NCBI GenBank assembly: GCA_963675745.2 | Contig: CAXXWX010000004.1 | Coordinates: 1-64,000 of the forward strand | DNA: 64,000 bases | Origin: Phycisphaerae bacterium | GTDB taxonomy: Bacteria > Planctomycetota > Phycisphaerae > UBA1845 > Fen-1342 | Direction of reading: 5' to 3' | Part shown: piece after piece, positions 1-9,255 of the stretch | Numbering within the stretch: the first letter of the stretch is position 1 | How the letters are laid out: each line of letters starts with the position of its first letter | Translations under genes and position numbers: made by a program | The notes under the pieces: generated by a model | What the model saw: only the letters and a program-made list of their open reading frames with translations | Told to the model about the DNA's origin: nothing | Database searches by the model: none

Positions 1-269
1 GGCGGACGACGAGCTGGGTAGCGATTACGGCGGTTCTGCCCTGGTCTGCCCGGCTAATCATCGGCAGATTGCTCGAGTTGGGGACCAATTGGGCCGGAGT
101 GGGGTTGCTGGCGGGATTCTCGCTGGTCAACATCATCACCGGTGTCATGCTCCTGACCGCGTGGCCGGCCGGGTTCTGGGGCTGGTTCGCGGCACTCGCG
201 GCCCTGGTGGCCGCTGGATCGTATAACTACCTGGTGGCGGAATATGTTGCCGAACAAGGTGGACGCTAG
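1..269 (+). CDS. 3' end of a membrane protein (partial, starts before the window)
   Basis: Two hydrophobic segments (AGVGLLAGFSLVNIITGVMLL; FWGWFAALAALVAAG) then TAG at 267-269; same strand as the downstream locus. Confidence 0.5.
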   Translation, partial: RTTSWVAITAVLPWSARLIIGRLLELGTNWAGVGLLAGFSLVNIITGVMLLTAWPAGFWGWFAALAALVAAGSYNYLVAEYVAEQGGR

Positions 270-302
270 AGGCTGTTGTAGTGCCGTTATGGCATCGGTG
301 TT

Positions 303-330
303 CCACAGGTTGGAAACCTGTGCCACCGGG
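303..330. repeat. REP-like palindrome (CACAGGTT-GGA-AACCTGTG followed by CCACC)
   Basis: Intergenic hairpin; the reverse strand begins GGTGGCAC, and the GTGGCAC signature also occurs in the palindromes at 21247 and 60515. Confidence 0.5.
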
Positions 331-380
331 ACTTCAGCCCAGTGCATGGTTTGCGACCTGACGATGAAACGAGTGGACGG

Positions 381-1504
381 ATGGACGTGATCAACCAGGC
401 AGGTGACCGCATCAGCGAGTACATCCTCGAGGAGTGCGTCGGGGCCGGTACGTTCGGCGAGGTCTGGCGGGCGCGGCATCAACGTCTGGGACAGCGAGCG
501 CGTCGCGATCAAGCTGCCGATCGAGCCGGAGTACGTGCGTTATCCTGCAGCGCGAGGGTGTGGTCGTACACGGTCTGCGGCATCCCAACATTATCAAGCG
601 TGCTCGGGCTGGATCCGTATGCGGACCGAAGCCGTACCTGGTGATGGAACTGGTCGAGGGGCCGTCGCTGCAGGCAGGTGCATTAACGAGCATCTGAACG
701 GCGATGCCGATCGATGCTGGCAAAACGTGATTCTGCGCGGGGCTGTTGACGCGCTGGTCATCGCCGCATGCCCATGCCGGCAACGTTATCCATCGCGATC
801 ATCAAGCCGGGCAACGTGATGCTGCACCTGGCCCAAATGCCGATCGAGCCGCTGGCGGAACTCACGATCGAAGATGTCAAAGTCGGTGACTTTGGGCTTG
901 GGCGATCGGCGACGCCGACACGTTGCGCTCGATGATCGAGCAATCGGCCTCGATCGAGCGTGACCACGAGAGCACGGCGCTGGCCGGTACGCTGGCCTAC
1001 ATGGCGCCCGGAGCTGCGTGATGGCGGCCAGATGAAGCCCAGCCCGCGAAGAGCGATCTATATCGCGCTGGGGGTGATGTCTGTTTGAGACTGCTGACCG
1101 GTGAACGCGCCCGGCTGGGGCGGAGCTTGCCGAGCACGGTTGCGGGCCGATGTGCCTGCCGCCCTGGACGAGATCTTTCGGGCGTCTGTACGCCCGGCTA
1201 CGATCGACGTTACGAGAGCGCCGAGGCTGTGCTGGGAGAATTCGAGAGTCTCACGCAGACGGCCGGCATTCCGCCCGTCCCGCCGGTCGCCCCCGGGCGG
1301 CCCGGCGCAGCCGTCGGCGGACACGTGCGCCGGTGCCCGGATTGCGGGGGTGGCGTGGAGCCGCAAGACCAGTTTTGCACGCAGTGTGGGTACCAACTGG
1401 TCCCCACGGTTCGGCGTTGTCCCGCGTGTGGTGCCTATCCGGCCCCGGAGAACCGCTTCTGTATCTTCTGCGGCGCTGCCCTCCCGACGCGCGAGGAGGC
1501 GTAG
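381..1504 (+). CDS. Hanks-type Ser/Thr protein kinase with C-terminal double zinc ribbon (many apparent frameshifts)
   Basis: Kinase motifs pieced together across frames: GAGTFGEVW, VAIK, LRHPNII, YLVMELVEG, IHRD.IKPGNVM, VKVGDFGL, GTLAYMAP. Then a Pro-rich linker and CPDCG..FCTQCG..CPACG..FCIFCG. Confidence 0.85.
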
Positions 1505-1807
1505 GTGATGGTGCTTGCGGACACGGGCATCCTGGTGCTGTTTGTCGCCCTGTTTGTGCTGGGCATCTTCGGTTTCCTGGTGATGGGGTTTATGCTGCTG
1601 GTGCGCCTGTTGGGCTGGTTTCTGCGCACGGTTTTCGGCGCGGGCCGCGGGCGGCCGCGGCCGGTGGCGCGCGTACGTCGCCCAGGCGCGGCGCGGCGCC
1701 CCTGCCCCTTGCCGGGTTGCTCTCACGCTAACCCGCCGGAGGCTAGTTACTGCGGCGGGTGCGGCCGTATGATCCGAGCCGCGGATGAAGTGGACGCCTA
1801 TGGATGA
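1505..1807 (+). CDS. Small membrane protein with C-terminal zinc ribbon
   Basis: Long hydrophobic N-terminus, then CPLPGC..NPPEASYCGGCG; its stop overlaps the start of the next gene. Confidence 0.8.
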   Translation: MMVLADTGILVLFVALFVLGIFGFLVMGFMLLVRLLGWFLRTVFGAGRGRPRPVARVRRPGAARRPCPLPGCSHANPPEASYCGGCGRMIRAADEVDAYG

Positions 1808-3253
1808 GCGCAGTCGACATCGCGAGTTTGAGGATCAGTTCCTCAGCCAGTTGAAGGCCCGTGCGCGGCAACTCGTGGCGGGGCAATTGCCTGCGCGCCA
1901 GGTCACGGTGGAAGCGCTGCCCGACGGCGATGACTCGGTGCGGGACCAGCTCGCGCGGCTGGAGGTGTTCGAGCGCGACGTGCTGGAGAGCATGCCAGGC
2001 CGCCAGGCGCTGCAACTGTGCTTTCGGCGCCCGGTTTTCGGCGGGTTGTACCACACGACGGTTGCCCGTGTGCGCGCCCAGTCGCTGGTCTCGGTTGAGA
2101 TGCTGGTCGACGACCAAGTGCCCGGTCCGGTGGGGCGCGAACAGGTGCTGGACGCGATGGCCCGCTACGAACTCCTGCCGCACAAGCACAAGCCATCCGC
2201 GGTAGTCTTCGCGAGTGCAACGGGATTCACTCCTGAGGCCAAGAGCCTGGTGGAGGGCGACGGGCCGCCGACGCTCATCCTCATGGGTGGCCGCGCGGAC
2301 GGTGGCTGGGACGTCGCGATGTCCGAGCGGCTGCGCAAGAGTCCGTGGGGCAAGCTTTTCGAGCTGGAGACACAGGATGAGCGCCTCAGGCGTTTCATGC
2401 GGCATCTCGACGCACAGGGCCTGGAGCTGGATTCGCGCGGCTTGGCGGTTTCGCGGCTGGCCGAGCAGCTTGGTTTGCCTGAAACTAAGACCGAGGCGCT
2501 GGTGCGTCAGGCGTGCCGACAGGATCCGCGCTTGATGACCGTTGTACACGAGGGGACGATCCACATCTGCCGTAGTCCGCTGGGCAGCGAGGGTAAGCCC
2601 ATGAGCATCTGGAGTCGTATTCTGAGACTCTTCGGCCGCAAGCCGTCGGCGTCTGAACGCGTGCGCGTATTGACTGAACAGCGTGTGCGCCTGGAGCAGG
2701 AGCGCTCGTCGATCGACAAGCACGTCGATACGCTGGAGACCCAGGAGCGTGATCTGCTACAGCAGGGTGCCCAGGCTCCCAGCGACGCCGAGAAGAAACA
2801 GATCGCCGCCAAGCTGGTCCGCGCGCGCCGCGAGCTGAAGCGACATCGCACGCGCGCCCAGATGTTTAACCAGCAGATCGACGTGCTGGGCACGCAGATC
2901 CACCATGTAACGCTGACCGAGCAGAGCAAGCAGGTGGCGCTGCCGACGTCGGAGGAGCTGGCCCAACAGGCGGCTGAAGCCGAGAAGGTGATGACCGATC
3001 TCGCCGCCAGCGCTGATCTGGCCGGCAATATCGAGGTCGGCGCGTCGTCGCCGATGATGGTCAGGAGGAAGAGGCGGCGATTTTCGCGGAGTTTGAGCAG
3101 GTTGCGAAGCATGGGGCTGATGCGAAATCCTCCACGTCGGCCGACGAATCAGCGCCCGAGGCAGGCTCTTCCGCCACAGACGCACAGGCGAGCGGCGAAG
3201 CCGTGCCGCCTCCGCCGAACAAGGACAAGACTGCCAAGCCCGAACCAGGTTGA
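1800..3253 (+). CDS. Hybrid protein: restriction-endonuclease-like fold + winged helix + ESCRT-III/Snf7-like domain (frameshift near 3060)
   Basis: VVFASATGFTPEA (Mrr-like strand/helix); GLAVSRLAEQLGLPETKTEALV (wHTH-like); then MSIWSRILRLFGRK amphipathic helix and a long coiled-coil hairpin. Shifting frame near 3060 gives QEEEAAIFAEFEQVAK and an acidic/Pro tail ending at TGA 3251-3253. Confidence 0.7.
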
Positions 3254-3273
3254 CGCGTGTTGAGAACCGGACG

Positions 3274-3885
3274 ATGAACTTCTTTACCTGGCTGACCACG
3301 AAGCGCAAGACGCTCGCGACGATGAGCGTATCTGAATTGCGTGCCCAGGAAATGCTCATGCAGAATGAGCGTGACCGGCTGTACGCGAAGATGCAGAAGC
3401 TGGCCAAGGACAAGCAGAAAATCGTCGAGCGCGGCGCCAAGGAGCGCACGCCCGAGATGCGTCGCACCATGGCGCAGCAATTCGACCTGCAACACACCGA
3501 GCAGATGATGGTCGCTCGGCACCTCAATATTCGCAGCAAGGAGCTCTTGACCGTTTCGCGCCTGCGCATGCTGCGCGAGAACGCGCAACGCACCGGCGCT
3601 GCGAGCGGCGCGATGGCCGCGATCCGACAGCAGGATCTCACCCTGATCGAGAAGCTCATCGAAGATGAGCAGGTCACGATGGACATGTATCAGGAGCGGC
3701 TTGATGAGATTCTGCAGGTCGGGCACGCGGCGGACGAGGCGGCGTCCAGCGGTGTGTCGCCGGCGGCGGAAGAGCTGCTCAAGGTCTGGGGAGACATGGA
3801 CGCCGGGCTAATCAAGAACACCGACGACGCCGTCGATGAGGCCGAGCGCCGCGTGCGCGAGCGTGACCGAGCGGCCGATGCCTGA
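3274..3885 (+). CDS. ESCRT-III/Snf7/PspA-superfamily-like coiled-coil protein (about 203 aa)
   Basis: N-terminal MNFFTWL amphipathic motif, basic helical N-half, acidic C-half (SPAAEELLKVW); size and context fit. Confidence 0.65.
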   Translation: MNFFTWLTTKRKTLATMSVSELRAQEMLMQNERDRLYAKMQKLAKDKQKIVERGAKERTPEMRRTMAQQFDLQHTEQMMVARHLNIRSKELLTVSRLRMLRENAQRTGAASGAMAAIRQQDLTLIEKLIEDEQVTMDMYQERLDEILQVGHAADEAASSGVSPAAEELLKVWGDMDAGLIKNTDDAVDEAERRVRERDRAADA

Positions 3886-3887
3886 CC

Positions 3888-4940
3888 GTGCGCCGTCGAA
3901 ACGAAATGGGATCATGCCCGGACATGCTGTCAGCCGTGATCGACGCCAGGCGCACACGCCGCGCGTCCATCATGGTGGCGTGCGCCGTCACGCTGCTGCC
4001 GCTGGCGGTTGCCGAGGCCGGTGATTTGCCCGCGCGCCCGCGGATCCCGCGCATTGACGATGCGCGCGCCGCCCGCATGTACGTGCTGGTTGGGCGCCTT
4101 AATGACGCGGTTGGCGAGCGCACCTACGGAGCCGCCAGACAGAGGCGCCAGGATTTGGCCGCGGCCGTCAGCGCCGGCGACGCGCTGATGCTGTCGGCGT
4201 TGGGTGATGCGATCGTAGGGTTGGATCGGCGCTACCGGTCAGCCGGTGAGCGGGGCGCGCATCGCGAACGAGCCCGGCATGATGCCTGTCAGAGCCACCT
4301 GGTGAACGTGCTCACGCGCGTGCCCGGCTGTGCGTCGCAGGTTGAGGAGATCTGTGCGCGGCCTGACGTTTCGGCGCGATTGCGGCGTGAACTGCTATCG
4401 GCACTGCTGCACAGCGTTGACAGCGGCCAGGTGCAGGTATCGCCGGAGCAGATGGCGGGTTTGTATGCGCGCGCGGCATGTCACGGAGACCATCGCGTGC
4501 TGATGATTGGGTTGCGGGCGCTGGCTGGATCGGCGGAAGGGGGGTACGAGTGCCGGCCGCCACTGGATCGCGCGACGGCGGTGGCGCTGCTGCGCGTGTT
4601 GGCGGAGGACCGTAGCGAGTCGTTCGTTGACCGCGAGCCTTACCTGCGGGTGTTGTGTACGATTGGTGAGGCGCGGGAGTCTTATTTCGCTGAGTATCTT
4701 CACGCGGTTGCCGACTACAGCCGTTCGCCGCATGCGCGGCGGGTGTATATCCACAACTTGCGTCACTGGCGGCGATTAAGTGGTAAACAGGCCGCGATGC
4801 TCGATTGGATGCTGGCTGGTGATGTGGAATGGTTGCGATCGCCGACGACAACTGCTCTGCGGGCCCTGTCGGGGCACGCGTCGGCGCACGATAATCAGCG
4901 TGACGAGTCCGCGGCCGCGAAGATCGAATCACCGCCTTGA
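3888..4940 (+). CDS. Hypothetical helical protein, possibly secreted (start uncertain)
   Basis: 350-codon ORF filling the gap; signal-peptide-like MVACAVTLLPLAVAEA; no recognised motif. Confidence 0.5.
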   Translation: MRRRNEMGSCPDMLSAVIDARRTRRASIMVACAVTLLPLAVAEAGDLPARPRIPRIDDARAARMYVLVGRLNDAVGERTYGAARQRRQDLAAAVSAGDALMLSALGDAIVGLDRRYRSAGERGAHRERARHDACQSHLVNVLTRVPGCASQVEEICARPDVSARLRRELLSALLHSVDSGQVQVSPEQMAGLYARAACHGDHRVLMIGLRALAGSAEGGYECRPPLDRATAVALLRVLAEDRSESFVDREPYLRVLCTIGEARESYFAEYLHAVADYSRSPHARRVYIHNLRHWRRLSGKQAAMLDWMLAGDVEWLRSPTTTALRALSGHASAHDNQRDESAAAKIESPP

Positions 4941-5022
4941 CTGTTGTGCCGGGCGCACGGGCTGAGCGGTGCCGCCCCAAGCGGGTATTGATATTGAACG
5001 CGGTTGCCAAGCGAGGTTGATC

Positions 5023-5628
5023 ATGGGATTGTTCAAATCGAAGGAAGAACGCCGTATCGAACGCGACATCAAGATTCGCCAGGGCATCCGGCGGATCGAG
5101 AAAGCGATCTCCGAGCAGAACAAGTTCTCCGACGAGTTCGTCAAGAACGCCCGGCAGGCCAAGCAGATCGGTGACACGCAGTCGTACCAGTTCATACGTA
5201 ACTCGCTGAAGAAGACGGCGACGATCAAGCGGATGCTCGAACGGCAGTTACTGGCGGTGAAGAACGCCCTACTGATCAAGCGGCAGGCCGAGGCCAGCGC
5301 TGATTTCGCGGGGGCGATGGGGCTGATGGCGAGTGAGGTTTCAAAGCTCTACGGCGACACGGACCTGGTCAAGACGCAGATGGACTGGGAAAAGGCGATG
5401 ATGCAGTCGCAAACGATGGAAGAGCGGATGGCGATGTTCCTCGACGGCATGGAGGACTCGGCCGCGGCGGACGTATCCTCCGCCGCCGAGCCGGTCAGCG
5501 ACGAAGAGATCGACCGCATGATCGAAGCCGAATCCCAAGTCGAGGAAGCCCGCGAGTCAGCCCAAATGACGGATCTGCGGGCGGAGTTGGCGAAGTTGAA
5601 GGGGGAGGGTGAGAAGGAAGGGAAGTAG
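5023..5628 (+). CDS. ESCRT-III-like protein (Vps2/Vps24/Did2/CdvB-like) with C-terminal MIM1-like motif
   Basis: MGLFKSKEE start, basic hairpin, Met-rich helices (MDWEKAMMQSQTMEERMAMF), acidic VSDEEIDRMI, terminal DLRAELAKLK; GAGG SD upstream. Confidence 0.8.
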   Translation: MGLFKSKEERRIERDIKIRQGIRRIEKAISEQNKFSDEFVKNARQAKQIGDTQSYQFIRNSLKKTATIKRMLERQLLAVKNALLIKRQAEASADFAGAMGLMASEVSKLYGDTDLVKTQMDWEKAMMQSQTMEERMAMFLDGMEDSAAADVSSAAEPVSDEEIDRMIEAESQVEEARESAQMTDLRAELAKLKGEGEKEGK

Positions 5629-5674
5629 GCTGGCAAGTGCTTTGCTTCAGTGAGCAGTGTAAGGACGATAGGTC

Positions 5675-6802
5675 ATGGCCAAGCTGGACAAACTCACCAT
5701 CCGCGGCTTTAAGTCGATTGCCGAGCTCAAGGACTTCGAGCTCGGGAATCTGACGGTGCTCATTGGCGCCAACGGTGCCGGCAAGTCGAACTTCGTCCAG
5801 TTCTTCAGCATGTTGCGGGCGATGTCGTATGAGGGGTTGAACGCATTCATTCTGAGGAACGGCGGCGCGGACAACTTCCTGTTCAACGGGCCGAAGTTCA
5901 CGAGTCAGATTGCGGCGCGACTCGAGTTCGCGCGTGATGCATACACGGATACTTATACATTCGCACTGCGGCCCACCGCCGATGACGGCGTCATGTTTCA
6001 GCATGAGGGCGTTGGGGTCACGGACGGAAGCGGCAACCATCGAGCCAGCCCGATCAGCAAAGGTGCTCGCGAATCCGCGCTGCCGGCGAGCATCAAAGCC
6101 CTCGACGATTCGAGTCGCGAGCAATCCGGAGTACACCACGCTTTGGAGGCGATCCTGGGATGCAGGACGTACCACTTCCACGACACGAGCAGCCTCGCGT
6201 GGGTACGCCGCTATCAGCCGACCCAGGACGTTGATCCGTTCAGGGAGGATGGATCGAATCTCGCCGCCTATCTCCTCGACCTACGTATCACACGACCGGC
6301 AACCTATGAGCTGGTCCGCGACACGATTCGCCTCGTCGCGCCGTTTTTCAACGACTTCGAACTCAAGCCAACGGAGAATGGAGGAGACCCGGTCGTCAAC
6401 CTCGATTGGCGGCAGCGCGGTAACGACTTTCTATTCCGCCCCAGCCAGCTTTCTGACGGCACGCTGCGCTTTGCGTGCCTGGCAACTGCGCTGATGCAGC
6501 CGGAGCCCCCGGCGTGCATTGTGCTGGACGAGCCGGAACTCGGGCTGCACCCTTACGCCATCGCGATAATCGGCGACCTGATCAGGAACGCGGCAAAATG
6601 CACCCAGGTGATCGTGGCCACGCAATCCCCCCAGTTGCTGGACCGTACTGAGCCAAGCGAGGTTGTTGTGGTCAGCCGAGACAACGGACGGTCCACGTTC
6701 AAACGACTGGACGAGGGCGAGCTGGACAACTGGCTCGATGAGTACTCGTTGGGCGAGCTCTGGAGGAAGGGCGTGGTTCAAGGGGGGCCGATGCATGAGT
6801 AG
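5675..6802 (+). CDS. ABC-type AAA_21/AAA_15 family ATPase
   Basis: IRGFKSI, Walker A GANGAGKSN, signature LSDGTLRF, Walker B LDEPELGLHP, ATQSP, C-terminal SLGELW. Confidence 0.92.
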   Translation: MAKLDKLTIRGFKSIAELKDFELGNLTVLIGANGAGKSNFVQFFSMLRAMSYEGLNAFILRNGGADNFLFNGPKFTSQIAARLEFARDAYTDTYTFALRPTADDGVMFQHEGVGVTDGSGNHRASPISKGARESALPASIKALDDSSREQSGVHHALEAILGCRTYHFHDTSSLAWVRRYQPTQDVDPFREDGSNLAAYLLDLRITRPATYELVRDTIRLVAPFFNDFELKPTENGGDPVVNLDWRQRGNDFLFRPSQLSDGTLRFACLATALMQPEPPACIVLDEPELGLHPYAIAIIGDLIRNAAKCTQVIVATQSPQLLDRTEPSEVVVVSRDNGRSTFKRLDEGELDNWLDEYSLGELWRKGVVQGGPMHE

Positions 6803-7515
6803 GATTGCGGTACTCGTGGAGGGAGAGACCGAACAGAAGTTCGTCAACCATCTCGTACGACCGCACCTATGGAGTTGTGGGGTTGATATCTTTGCGAGGC
6901 TTCCCGGACGTCAGGTGCGCCGTGGCGGCACGCGTTCATGGGAGTCAGTGCGTGGAGATGTCGTTCGGACGCTGAAGGGGCGCGGCGCCTATCGTTGCGC
7001 GATCATGCTCGACTACTATCGACTCCCTCACGGCTGGCCGGGGCGCCGCGACGCAATGAAGCATGTACCTGAGAAACGGGCACGCGTCGTGGAGAGCGCC
7101 CTCCAGGCAAGTGTCACCGAATCGATCGGAGGCGATTTACGGCCTGGCATGTTTCTCCCCTACATCCAGCTCCATGAGTTCGAGGCACTGCTATTCAGTG
7201 ATACGTCCAAGCTGGCCCACGCAATAGCATCGGCGCCTGTTCACAAACCTGTCGACGAGTTGATCGTGGCGGAACGGCTCGCGCAGATCCTCGAGCCATT
7301 CGGAGACCCCGAGCTAATCAATGACGGGCCGCACACGGCCCCGTCCAAGCGGATCCTTGATGTGGCGCCGTATTACGACAAGGCGACTATGGGACCGATT
7401 GTCGCCGAGAGGATTGGATTGCAGGACCATTCGCCAACACTGCAGCCACTTTGATGAGTGGTTAACCGCACTGGAACGGACGGCCGAACGAGATCCTCAA
7501 GAGCCCACGGCCTGA
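6795..7515 (+). CDS. DUF4276 family protein (TOPRIM-like), frameshift near 7425
   Basis: VLVEGETEQ.FV, LDYY, QLHEFEALLF, PELINDG..TAPSKRI. The typical tail TIRQHCSHFDEWL lies in another frame ending at 7515. Overlaps the ATPase stop. Confidence 0.85.
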
Positions 7516-7531
7516 GTAGCACTGAGAACTG

Positions 7532-8654
7532 ATGCCAACCTTCGCCACATTCAAACGACTCAAGGACAAAGGCGTGGCCGCCTACCAGCAGGGGGACTAC
7601 GTCGCCGCGCGGCCGTATTTGATCCAGGCCGCCGAGTGCATGATCGAGATCGCCGGCGAAAACCGGGATGGCGCGGCGCGCGCGGAGCAGGAGGCGTATG
7701 CCCGCGAGCTGATCGACCTGGCCAAGGAGTGCGACCGCCGCGTCGCGCATGGCGAGGGCAAGGGCCGGCCGAAGACGGAACGGGCCAAGGATGAAGACGG
7801 CGGCGCCGATCCGTCCGACTGGATCGTCCGTGACAAGCCGAACATCCGCTTCGACGACATCGCCGGCCTTGAAGACGTCAAGCAGGAAATCCACCTGAAG
7901 ATGATCTACCCGTTCCGGCACCCGGAGCTGGCCCAGCGCTACGGCGTGGATGTCGGCGGCGGCATGCTGCTGTTTGGCCCGCCCGGAACCGGTAAGACGA
8001 TGATCGCCAAAGCGATCGCGTGCGAGCTTGACGCGACCATGTTCGTGATCACGCCGGCCCCAGCTCATGAGCAAATGGGTCGGCGAAGCCGAACAGAATG
8101 TGCGTAAGTTATTCGAGGCGGCCAAGGCCGAACAACGCAGCGTGATCTTCTTTGACGAAGTCGAGGCCCTGGTGCCGAAGCGCCGCGGACAGCAATCGAC
8201 GGTCATGCAACGCGTCGTGCCGCAGATCTTGCAGGAGCTGGAGGGATTCGATCGTCAGGCGGGCCGCGCGCTGATGTTCCTTGGCGCCACCAACGAGCCC
8301 TGGGCGCTGGATGCGGCGATGATGCGGCCCGGGCGGTTGGATGCCAGGGTCTACGTGCCGCTACCCGATGCCGAGGCCCGCTTCAGGCTGTTCGAAATCG
8401 GGTTGGGCCAACGTCCGCTCGATGACGACGTCAATCTGGCCCGGCTGGTCGAACTGACAGCGGGATACAGCGGCGCCGACATCAAGGCTATCGCCGAGCG
8501 TTCGGCAACGCGTCCGTTTTTGGAATCGGTAGGGGGGGCGGAACCGCGTAATATCAATATGGCTGATCTGCTCGCGGTGATTGAATCGACCGCGCCATCC
8601 GTGACGCGCGCGGATTGCCAGAAGTATGAGCAGTGGGCCCTGAGCCAGCGTTAG
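7532..8654 (+). CDS. Vps4-like AAA+ ATPase with N-terminal MIT-like domain (frameshift near 8060)
   Basis: N-terminal three-helix region (KGVAAYQQGDYVAARPYLIQAAE..), IVRDKPNIRFDDIAGLEDVK, GPPGTGKT, SKWVGE pore loop, IFFDEVE, GATNEPWALD, GYSGADI, terminal PSVTRADCQKYEQW helix; a single AAA module. Confidence 0.85.
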
Positions 8655-8740
8655 CGTGGTTTGGACGCGAGGAGTATCGCGCGTCGCGCCGTTGTCTGTC
8701 GTAGAGTGTAACGGCCGGCGCCGAACGTGTTTGGCCTGTA

Positions 8741-8869
8741 ACGGCCTGCGAGGCGCAGGCCGCTACGGTGCCGTGTGTACGAATCGGCCGCCGGCGTAAG
8801 GAAGCACGTTTGTTCATCGACGGCCTGCGAGGCGCAGGCCGCTACGGTGCCGTGTGTGCGAATCGGCCG
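8741..8869. repeat. Two direct copies (8741-8790, 8820-8869) of a 50-bp unit containing a REP-like hairpin
   Basis: ACGGCCTGCGAGGCGCAGGCCGCTACGGTGCCGTGTGT(A/G)CGAATCGGCCG twice; stem GGCCTGCG-AGG-CGCAGGCC. Confidence 0.85.
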
Positions 8870-8917
8870 AATGGCCGAAAGGCGTTAGCCTTTGCTTGGA
8901 ACACAGAGGAGGCCAAG

Positions 8918-9255
8918 ATGCGCCAGACCGCAAAGCCGGACGTCGCTCGGGCGATACCGTGTCCGCACCCCGCGGTGTGACGAGCTGAATGCGCCCGCGG
9001 CCGCGCTTCTGCGCGCGTTGCGGCCATCCGCTTGGTCCGCACGCAGATGCGCTGGTGGCCGAAGCATCCGCCAGCAACTGGTGGGCGGGCGTGTGGATGC
9101 TGATTATCTCTTGCGCGGCGTTCATCGTCATCAGCCGGGGTGGGCGGCGTGATGTTTGGGTTTATCGCGTTTGGTGTCGGCGTGCCGGTTGCGACGATCC
9201 TTGCGCGCCGTCAGCGCTGATCAGGGCCGCCGCTTCCGGCGGAGTGTCGAGATGA
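8918..9255 (+). CDS. Small zinc-ribbon membrane protein (frameshifted)
   Basis: Strong SD GAGGAGG before ATG 8918; reconstructed CPHPRC.ELNAPAARFCARCGHPL followed by a hydrophobic segment; ATGA overlap with the next gene. Confidence 0.65.

Noticed and set aside
7532..8654. Call as FtsH, Cdc48 or proteasome ATPase
   Set aside because: No TM or protease domain, only one AAA module, no OB/coiled-coil N-domain; the N- and C-termini and the context fit a Vps4-like protein better
8741..8869. Mini CRISPR array
   Set aside because: Only two 50-bp units, no cas genes, and the same hairpin is dispersed at other intergenic sites, so it is REP-like
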